Shown here in pieces: positions 56,664 to 64,000 of a DNA stretch of 64,000 nt; position 1 is the first letter of the stretch; each line of letters starts with the position of its first letter. The notes beneath the pieces are model-generated. The model did no database searches. It was not told where the DNA came from and saw only the letters and a program-made list of their open reading frames with translations. The translations under genes and the position numbers were made by a program. Location of the stretch: positions 3,422 to 67,421 of the forward strand of contig CAVZKO010000008.1 in assembly GCA_963775855.1 (NCBI GenBank), in the 5' to 3' direction. This DNA comes from an uncultured Chloroflexia bacterium (GTDB taxonomy: Bacteria > Chloroflexota > Limnocylindria > Limnocylindrales > CSP1-4).

Positions 56664-58661
56664 TCAGGATACCGCCGCGGGGCCCGCCCGGCGGATCGCC
56701 TCGATCGTCGACGCGTCGTCCAGCGCCGAGAGGTCGCCGGGGTCGAGCCCCAGGTACGCTGCCCGGATGACACGCCGCATGATCTTGCCGGAGCGCGTCT
56801 TCGGAAGCGCTGGGACGACCACGATCGTCTCCGGCCGGAGGGTCTTGCCGAGGTCCTCGACGACCCGCCGGCCGATCGCCGCCCGGAGGTCGTCGCCGTC
56901 CGTCTCGCCCGCCCGCAGCGTGCAGACGACGACGATCGTCTCGCCCTTGACCGCGTGCGGAACGCCGATCGCGGCCGCTTCCACAACGGCGGGGTGGGCC
57001 GTGGCCGCGGCCTCGACCTCCGCAGGACCGACACGCTTGCCGGCGACCTTCAGGGTGTCGTCGGACCGGCCGCGGATGTACCAATAGCCGTCGGCATCGA
57101 CGATCGCCCAGTCACCGTGGACCCAGATCCCGGGATGCCGGCTCCAGTACGTCTCGACGTAACGATCCGGATCGTTCCAGAAACCGCGCGTCTGGCCCGG
57201 CTGTGGCCGCCGAATCACGAGCTCGCCGACCTCGCCCCGGAGCGGCTGCCCCTCTGAGCCGACGACATCTGCCGCCGTCCCGGGACACGGGCCGTTGAAC
57301 GATGCGGGCCGGATCGGGTGGAGGAGATTGCAGCCGACAATGCCGCCCGAGACCTCCGTTCCGCCGGAGTAGTTGACGACTGGACAGCGACCTCGCCCGA
57401 CCTCGCGGAAGTACCACCACCAGGAATCGGGATCCCAGGGTTCGCCGGTGGAGCCGAGTACCCGAAGCGAGCCGAGATCGTGAGAGCGGACCGGCTCGGT
57501 CCCGTGCGGGATGAGCGCCCGGACGACCGTCGGCGAGAGCCCGAGGTGGGTAACGCCGTGGCGCGAAGCGAGCGCCCAGATCCGGTCAGGGCCCGGGAAG
57601 TCCGGTGCGCCCTCGTACAGCACGAGCCGGGCGCCGAGCAGAAGCGACCCGGAGATCGCCCACGGTCCCATCATCCAGCCGAGATCGGTGAACCAGAACA
57701 GCGCGTCGCCGGCCCGGAGATCGAACGTGTGGGCGAGGTCCTGGGCGCCCTTGATCGGGAATCCGCCGTGAACGTGAACGGCGCCCTTCGGCCGGCCAGT
57801 GGTCCCCGACGTGTAGATCAGCATGTACGGCGTCTCGGGGTCGGTCGTCGCGGCCTCGACCGGCGATTCCGATTCGGCGGCGGCCATCGCCGCTTCCCAG
57901 TCGACGTCGCGGCCCTCCGTCCATGGAAGCTCGTCGGCGGTGCTCGCCAGACGCCTGACGACGACGACCTGCTCGACCGATGGGGCCGCGGCGACGGCCT
58001 CATCCGCGGTCGCCTTCAGGGGGACGGGGTTGCCGCGGCGCCAGAAGCCGTCGGCGGTTACAAGCAGCTTGGCCTCGCAATCGACGAGGCGTGCGGCGAC
58101 TGCCGGGGCCCCGTAGCCCGAGAAGATCGGGGTGTAGATCGCTCCGAGCATGCCGAGCGCGAGCACTGTGATCACTGTCTCGGGCAGCATCGGCAGGAAG
58201 ATCCCCACGCGATCGCCCGAACCGACACCCAACGAACGGAACGCCCGCGCGGCGCGTTCCACCGCGGTCCTCAGTTCCGCGTTCGTCAACGTCCGGACGT
58301 CGCCCGGTTCCCCCTCCCAGGCAAGTGCCCCGCCGTCGGGATCGCGTTCGGCGCGCGGTCGGGTGGCTGCATCCGCATAGTTGAACGCGCCGCCGATCCA
58401 CCAGCGGGCCCACTCCGGGCCGTGGGACTGGTCCAGGACCTGTGACGGCCGGCGTTGCCAGTCGAGCGCCAGGTCGTCCGCGGCCGCGCCCCAGAACCAG
58501 GCCGGATCGTCGACCGCGCGGGCTTGCAGCGCGGCGAGGTCGGGCAGGCCGGTCGCACGGAGATAGCGCGCCAGCCGGGAGTCGGCGAGGAGGTCGGCCG
58601 TCGGGCGCCAGGCCGCATCGGTGACGTCGCGGCCGAAGATGGGGGCGGAATCCGTCGGCAT
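56664..58661 (-). CDS. AMP-forming acyl-CoA synthetase (acetyl-CoA synthetase-like)
   Basis: YTSGTTGRPKG, WFTDLGWMMG, STGEPW, YSGGTE, GRSDDTLKVAGKRVG, LPKTRSGKIMRR. Confidence 0.92.
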   Translation of the reverse strand: MPTDSAPIFGRDVTDAAWRPTADLLADSRLARYLRATGLPDLAALQARAVDDPAWFWGAAADDLALDWQRRPSQVLDQSHGPEWARWWIGGAFNYADAATRPRAERDPDGGALAWEGEPGDVRTLTNAELRTAVERAARAFRSLGVGSGDRVGIFLPMLPETVITVLALGMLGAIYTPIFSGYGAPAVAARLVDCEAKLLVTADGFWRRGNPVPLKATADEAVAAAPSVEQVVVVRRLASTADELPWTEGRDVDWEAAMAAAESESPVEAATTDPETPYMLIYTSGTTGRPKGAVHVHGGFPIKGAQDLAHTFDLRAGDALFWFTDLGWMMGPWAISGSLLLGARLVLYEGAPDFPGPDRIWALASRHGVTHLGLSPTVVRALIPHGTEPVRSHDLGSLRVLGSTGEPWDPDSWWWYFREVGRGRCPVVNYSGGTEVSGGIVGCNLLHPIRPASFNGPCPGTAADVVGSEGQPLRGEVGELVIRRPQPGQTRGFWNDPDRYVETYWSRHPGIWVHGDWAIVDADGYWYIRGRSDDTLKVAGKRVGPAEVEAAATAHPAVVEAAAIGVPHAVKGETIVVVCTLRAGETDGDDLRAAIGRRVVEDLGKTLRPETIVVVPALPKTRSGKIMRRVIRAAYLGLDPGDLSALDDASTIEAIRRAGPAAVS

Positions 58662-59068
58662 GGAGGCAGCCTAGTACAGGTGGTACGAGAGTCCTATTCG
58701 CGGCGCCACATTCGTCGGGGTTGCGGCTACGCAACATGAGGGTCAGTCTCGCGAACATGTTCAGACGCCACCGGAGTGATCCGGACCCGACCATCGCCGC
58801 AACACTTCGGTCGCGACTCGACTCGATCGCGTTGACGACGCGCGCCGACGCAACGGCCTTCGACCCGCGGCTCGTCCGCGGTCGGCTAGCAGGCTCCGCG
58901 TCGGCAGGTCTCCGCGCCCGTCTCGGCCGGCCGGCGCTTTCCGCGCCTCGCGGCTAGACCCGCCCGGCGCCGCGCTCGCTCTGGGGGAGCCGCGGGGCGC
59001 CGGGCGCGGTCGAACCAGCCGGGGGAACGTCGCCACGCGGGACCTCCCACGCGGCGTATCGTGCCGCG

Positions 59069-60592
59069 ATGACGACCGAGGCCGGCCGCCGTCGAGTACG
59101 CCGGACGACCGGCGGCGTCGCCCAGCTCCCGTGGCGCACGGTCCGCAACCCCTACCGGCCGATCGAGATCCTCTCGGCCGACGAGGTCGAGACGCTCCAT
59201 CGAGCGTCGCTGCGGATCCTGGCCGAGATCGGCGTCGAGGTCCTCGGCGATCGCGCCATCGACCTGCTCGAGCGAAACGGCGCCAACGTCGACCCGGCTC
59301 GCCGCAACGTCCGTCTCGATCCCGACCAGGTGGAAGAGCTCGTTGCGCGCGCCCCGTCGGCCTTCGGGCTCCACGCCCGCAACCCTGAGCGGAATGTCCG
59401 GCTCGGCGACGGCCACGTCGTTTTCAGCTCCGTCGGCGGCCCGGCGTTCGTAACGGACATCGAGCGCGGCAGGCGACCCGGCAATCACGCCGACTTCCTC
59501 GATTACCTCCGCGTCATCGGCGCCCTCGACATCGTCCACCAGGAGGGCGGCGGGCCGCTGGAGCCGACCGACCTGCCCGTGGCGACCCGTCATCTCGACA
59601 TGTACCACGCGTTCATCACGCTCCTCGACAAGACGTGGCAGTGCCTCGGCTTCGGGGCGGGCGTCGTCGACGACGCGATCGAGATGATCTGCCTCGCTCG
59701 CGGGATCGATCGCGACCAGCTCGCCCGAGAGCCCAGCCTCATGACGATCATCAACACGAACTCGCCGCTCCGCCTCGACGGGCCGATGTCGGACGGGTTG
59801 ATCGAAATGGCGATCCACGGCCAACCGATTGTCGCGACGCCCTTCACCTTGGCCGGGGCGATGAGCCCGGCGACGCTCGCCGGGGCAATCGCCCAGCAGA
59901 ACGCCGAGGCGCTCTTCATGATCGCCCTGACCCAGCTCGCCCGGCCGGGCGTGCCGGTCGTCTACGGCGGGTTCACCTCGAACGTCGACATGCGGACGGG
60001 CTCACCCGCGTTCGGGACGCCGGAGTTCGTCAAGGCGGCGTTCGCGACGGGCCAGATGGCCCGTCGCTACGACCTGCCGTGGCGCTCGTCGAACGCGACG
60101 GCTTCCAATGTCGTCGACGCGCAGGCGGCCTACGAATCGCAGATGGCGATCTGGGGCGCGATCATGGGCGGCGTCAGCCTCCTCTACCAGGGCGCCGGCT
60201 GGCTCGAGGGCGGCCTGACGGCCTCGTTCGAGAAGCTCATCCTCGACGCGGAGATGCTCCAGATGATGGCCGAGGTCCTCGTCCCGTTCACGGTCGACGA
60301 CGCCGAGATCGGGCTCGAGGCGATGGCCGAGGTTGGCCCCGGCGGCCACCATTTCGCGACAAGCCACACCCTCGAGCGCTACGAGCACGCCTTCTACCGG
60401 CCGATCTTGTCCGACTGGCGGAACTTCGAGACCTGGCAGGAGGACGGCGCGAGGACGGCCACCGAGCGGGCGAGCCGGATCTGGCGGCAGCTCCTCGCTG
60501 AATACGAGCCGCCACCGCTCGACCCGGGTGCGGCTGAGGCATTGGACGCGTTCGTTGCCCGGCGGCGGGCCGAAATCGAGGCGGCGTCGTAG
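59069..60592 (+). CDS. Trimethylamine methyltransferase (MttB) superfamily, non-pyrrolysine
   Basis: EILAEIGV, ARNPERNV, NTNSPLRLD, PFTLAGAMSP, SNVDMRTGSPAFGTPE, GAGWLEGGL, GPGGHHF. No internal amber codon. Confidence 0.9.
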   Translation: MTTEAGRRRVRRTTGGVAQLPWRTVRNPYRPIEILSADEVETLHRASLRILAEIGVEVLGDRAIDLLERNGANVDPARRNVRLDPDQVEELVARAPSAFGLHARNPERNVRLGDGHVVFSSVGGPAFVTDIERGRRPGNHADFLDYLRVIGALDIVHQEGGGPLEPTDLPVATRHLDMYHAFITLLDKTWQCLGFGAGVVDDAIEMICLARGIDRDQLAREPSLMTIINTNSPLRLDGPMSDGLIEMAIHGQPIVATPFTLAGAMSPATLAGAIAQQNAEALFMIALTQLARPGVPVVYGGFTSNVDMRTGSPAFGTPEFVKAAFATGQMARRYDLPWRSSNATASNVVDAQAAYESQMAIWGAIMGGVSLLYQGAGWLEGGLTASFEKLILDAEMLQMMAEVLVPFTVDDAEIGLEAMAEVGPGGHHFATSHTLERYEHAFYRPILSDWRNFETWQEDGARTATERASRIWRQLLAEYEPPPLDPGAAEALDAFVARRRAEIEAAS

Positions 60593-60622
60593 CCGCTGCG
60601 TGGACGTCGTCGAGAACGCCGC

Positions 60623-61802
60623 CTAGGCCATCCGCCCCACGCCATCGGCGGCGGCGACCGGGATCACCATCGGCCGGAGCCCGGTCAGCGCCGGGTAGCG
60701 GTCCAGGACGGCCTGACGAAAGGGCTCGACCGCATCGGGTCGGACGAGGTTGATCGTGCACCCTCCGAAACCCGCGCCGGTCATCCGGGCGGCGACGACG
60801 CCACGGACCGTCCCGGCGATCTCGACGAGCGCGTCGAGCTCCGGGGAGCTCACCTCGAACAGGTCTCGCAAGGACGCATGGCCGGCGCGGAAGGACTCGC
60901 CGACGGTCGCCAGGTCGCCCGCCTCGAGGGCCGCGACCACCGTCCGGACGCGGTCGTTCTCGGCGACGATGTGGGCGGCCCGTCGCGCCACGACCGGATC
61001 CAGCGTGGCGGCGCCCCGGGCGAGCAACTCAGGAGCTGACGTCCCGGAGCGAGCGAATCGATGGGTCCAGGCGGGCGAGGCCCGCGACCGCCTCCTCGCA
61101 CTGCGCCCGCCGGATGTTGTACTCGGACGTCTCGAGGCGACGCTGCGAGCCGGTGTGGCAGACCACCAGCACGAGATCGCCCGGCAGGGCGACGGGTCGC
61201 CATTCGAGCGACCGGCAGTCGAGCAAGAGGGCGACGCCGGCCAGGGCGCATGAGACGGAGAACTGGTCCATGAGCCCGCACTGGACGCCGACGAACGCAT
61301 TCTCGGCACGCTGACAGATCTGAGCGAGGGCCAGCCGATCGACGCCGTCGGCCGCGTCGCCGAGGAGGGCCCAGGCGACCGCCAGCTCGATCGCCGCGGA
61401 CGATGACAGCCCGGCGTTCTCGGGCAGGCTGGAGGCGATGACCCCGCGCAGGCCACCGGTCGCAAGGCCGGCTTCCGCCAGGGCCGCTGCCGTCCCGGCG
61501 GCATAGTCGATCCACGTTCCGCTTGCCCGGTATGGATCGTCGAGATCGAAGCCTCGTCGCTCGCCATCTGCGAGGCGGGTCAGCTCGACCCGCCGATCGT
61601 CCGTCGGCCGGTAGGCGAGGCGGATCTCGCGGTCGATCGCGGCCGGCAGGACGAGGCCGTCGTTGTAATCGGTGTGCTCGCCGATGAGGTTGACCCGGCC
61701 CGGGGAGCGCACGACGCGAACGTCTTCACGTCGGGACGAGGCATCTGGCTCGTTCGCCACAAGGGCCTCGATGAGGTCATCGGGCTCGTACGGGCTCGTC
61801 AC
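60623..61802 (-). CDS. galK: Galactokinase (frameshift near 61035)
   Basis: SPGRVNLIGEHTDYNDG, GLSSSAA, CGLMDQ, EYNIRRAQC. The second frame carries AHIVAENDRV, SLRDLFEVS, ARMTGAGFGGC. Confidence 0.92.
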
Positions 61803-62624
61803 CTAGTCGAGGGCCCACCAGCGCCAGGTCATCGTGGCGACGAGCGGCACACCTGGAATCGTCGTCGATGGCGCCATGTTCACGAAGTCCGGTGGCGCGG
61901 TCTGGGGCTCGACGCAGACGGCATCCCGCGGCTCGTCGTACACGACCAGGTGATCGCACGACGACGCCACCTCCAGCCCAAGGACGCCGGGCCACGTGAG
62001 GCGAGGCGTGGAGCGCAGCCCAGTGAAGCAGTCGTCCCACGGCCCTGCCGGCGGCTCTACCAGCTCTCCGGTCGGGATGTCCTCGGCGTCGCGGAGATAC
62101 ATCCAGGCCGCATCGAGGTGGATCTCAACCGGCGCGGATGGCTCGGCCGATCGCCCGTCGCTACCAGCCCCGACTAGCCGGCGCCGGAACCACGGGTGCC
62201 AGCCGAGCGCCGCGGGCATCGGCTCGTCGGCGATGAGGGTCAGGGACACTTCGAGCTGGCTGTCGGTTAGCGCGAACTGCTGGACGACATGACCGGCGAA
62301 CGGCCAGCCCGGCCCCAGGTCGATCGACAGCGTCGTCGGATCGTCGACCTGCCACGGCCGCTCGAAGACCGTGCCGTGGATCGCATCGGGCCCAAAGTTG
62401 ATCGCCAGCTGGATGTCGCGGTCGTCGAACCGGAACCGGCCGCGACGGATCCGGCCGGCGAACGGCACCATCGGGAAGGAACCCCACATGACCGAGCTGG
62501 CGCCTTCCGTGACGAGCAGCTCGGAGCCGCGAACGACGAGCGACGAGATCCGGCCTCCGTCGACCGCGCTCACCTCGAGCCTAGCGTCGGCGGCTTCGAG
62601 GACGAGCGGCCCGTCAGCGTTCAC
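61803..62624 (-). CDS. Aldose 1-epimerase family (galM-like)
   Basis: PMVPFAGRIRRG, AIHG, GWHPWF, DDCF, VCVEPQT. Confidence 0.85.
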   Translation of the reverse strand: MNADGPLVLEAADARLEVSAVDGGRISSLVVRGSELLVTEGASSVMWGSFPMVPFAGRIRRGRFRFDDRDIQLAINFGPDAIHGTVFERPWQVDDPTTLSIDLGPGWPFAGHVVQQFALTDSQLEVSLTLIADEPMPAALGWHPWFRRRLVGAGSDGRSAEPSAPVEIHLDAAWMYLRDAEDIPTGELVEPPAGPWDDCFTGLRSTPRLTWPGVLGLEVASSCDHLVVYDEPRDAVCVEPQTAPPDFVNMAPSTTIPGVPLVATMTWRWWALD

Positions 62625-62631
62625 GGTCCGT

Positions 62632-62641
62632 ACGCTACCGT
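62632..62641. promoter_or_regulatory. Overlapping divergent -10 elements (bidirectional leaderless promoter)
   Basis: + strand TACCGT 62636-62641, N6, GTG 62648. - strand TAGCGT 62637-62632, N7, GTG 62624. Confidence 0.55.
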
Positions 62642-62647
62642 AATCGG

Positions 62648-63550
62648 GTGGACGGCTCACCTCCGGGAGGGCTGCGGTTCGGGCTCTTCCTCAGCCAGTC
62701 GAACAAGTCGCTCGCCCGTGTCTACGACGAGTTCCAGATGGCCGAAGACCTCGGTTTCGACCACGCCTGGCTCGTGGACCACCTGGTCGACACGGACGGG
62801 CCGCCGGAACACCCGATCCTCGAGGCGTGGACCCTGCTGGCCGCGATCGCTGCACGCACGAAGCGGATCCGGCTCGGCGTCCTGGTGACGAGCAACACGT
62901 TCCGCCATCCGGCGGTGCTGCTGAAGGCGGCGGTGACCGTCGACCACATCAGCGGCGGGCGGTTGATCCTCGGGCTGGGGTCCGGCTGGCACGGCGACGA
63001 ACATCGCCGCTACGGGATCGAGCTGCCGGAGCCGGCCGAACGGGTCGACCGCTTCGCCGAAGCAGTCGAGATGATCAGCCTCCTGATGAGCCAGCCGCGG
63101 ACGACGTTCCACGGACGGCACTATCGGCTGGACGACGCCCCGCTCGAGCCGCGACCGATCCAGCAGCCACGGATCCCGATCCTCATCGCGGCTCACCGGC
63201 CGCGCATGCTCCGCCTCGCGGCTCGCTTCGCGGACCAGTGGGACACGTTCGCGGCGTTGCCCGGTACGGCCACCGACGGCGTGACGACCGGCATCGAGGA
63301 GCGGATCCGAGCGCTCGACGACGCGTGCCGGGACGTCGGGCGCGACCCCGCGGATATCCGGCGATCTACCTGGGCCAGGGCGACGGCGCTCGAGAGCGAC
63401 GACGCGTACGCGGAATTCGTGAATAGCCACAGGCTCCTGGGCTTCACGGACTTCTCGGTTGTGCCGCCGGCGACTGGCTCTGAAGCCGCGCTACGCCGAG
63501 TCGCGGAAGGTGTGATCCCCGACCTTCGCCGGGCCGTCGCGAGCCAGGCA
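62648..63550 (+). CDS. LLM-class flavin-dependent oxidoreductase (absent from the ORF track; 3' end uncertain)
   Basis: Manual translation from GTG 62648: LRFGLFL...AEDLGFDHAWLVDHL...EAWTLLAAIAARTKRIRLGVLV...DHISGGRLILGLGSGW...IPILIA. No in-frame stop before the window end. Confidence 0.85.
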
Positions 63551-64000
63551 TTAGCCCGGCCGGCCCGTCGCAGCGACCACCGCCCGGGTCAGCCGATCGG
63601 TTTTGAGGGCGTCCGGATACGAGGACAGCACCCGTCCGGGATCGCCGGCGTCCACGGCATCGAGGAAGGCTTCCGCCTGAACTTCATACGGGTCGCGACC
63701 CGGCGCCACCGTCCTTCTAGACCTGCCATCCGCGAACGACACCTCGAACGATCCGGGCCCGTCGCCGACCCGCCGAACGGTCGTGATCAATTCGGCGGAG
63801 GCGAGCTCGAACTCGACAACAGCCGAGGCCAGGCGGCGCGTGTTGGCGAAGCTGCCGATGGCGCCGGTCTCGAACTGGAGCAGCTGCCGCCGTGGCGTCG
63901 ACGACGTCCGCGCCTGGCGGCACGACCGGCTCCTCGCGAACCGAGACCGCCCCGACGACCTCGGCCTCGCCGACGAGCCACCGGGCGAGGTCGTAGAAAT
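63551..64000 (-). CDS. Gfo/Idh/MocA-like oxidoreductase, C-terminal part (5' truncated, frameshift near 63885)
   Basis: FYDLARWLVGE...DAT then LLQFETGAIGS...EAFLDAV...YPDALKTDRLTRA. Confidence 0.6.
   Translation of the reverse strand: MSTTSPGGSSARPRSSGRSRFARSRSCRQARTSSTPRRQLLQFETGAIGSFANTRRLASAVVEFELASAELITTVRRVGDGPGSFEVSFADGRSRRTVAPGRDPYEVQAEAFLDAVDAGDPGRVLSSYPDALKTDRLTRAVVAATGRPG

Noticed and set aside
58736-58957. Small ORF MRVSLANMFRRHRSDPDP... divergent from the acyl-CoA synthetase
   Set aside because: No SD or leaderless signature, no recognisable motif. Could be real but is unsupported.
59069-60592. Pyrrolysine recoding in the MttB-family gene
   Set aside because: The ORF is uninterrupted, with no in-frame TAG and no pyl genes in the window.
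1152-63430. Numerous long antisense or alternate-frame ORFs (e.g. 1152-2243, 8459-10006, 19487-21409, 27277-28683, 51607-53061, 62657-63430)
   Set aside because: Shadow ORFs expected in high-GC DNA. They are Arg/Pro/Gly-rich or antisense to genes with clear family motifs.

Overview
High-GC bacterial chromosomal window with about 55 genes. The gene repertoire and style suggest a monoderm Chloroflexota or actinobacterium-like organism (inference). No rRNA, tRNA, CRISPR-Cas, integrase or classical transposase was seen. Layout: (1) 1-10.5 kb holds housekeeping genes (ParA fragment, PPK2, aldehyde dehydrogenase, an acyl-CoA module). These are interrupted by three copies of a ~162-bp triple-hairpin repeat that bracket an XRE-HTH/PD-(D/E)XK-like nuclease gene and a secreted alginate-lyase-fold gene. 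(2) 10.8-47.3 kb is a large extracellular-matrix locus. It contains a tasA-like/sipW/tapA-like operon, a c-di-GMP-I riboswitch, and secreted lyase-fold, PKD and propeller proteins. It also contains a Wzx/Wzy exopolysaccharide cluster with a tightly coupled 2-hydroxyacid dehydrogenase - PEP mutase - ATP-grasp ligase - polysaccharide deacetylase module and no phosphonopyruvate decarboxylase in the window. This is the best candidate for an undescribed system: a phosphonolactate-decorated EPS. (3) 47.4-64 kb holds core metabolism and signalling genes (MoaD-MoaE fusion, DppA, a two-component system, a degenerate KamD-like protein, a BNR+MoaD pair, acyl-CoA synthetase, an MttB-family gene, galK, a galM-like gene, an LLM oxidoreductase). 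Several conserved genes carry single-base frameshifts that look like consensus errors. Many transcription units appear leaderless (TANNNT-N6-start). All functional calls come from motif recognition by eye; no database search was run.
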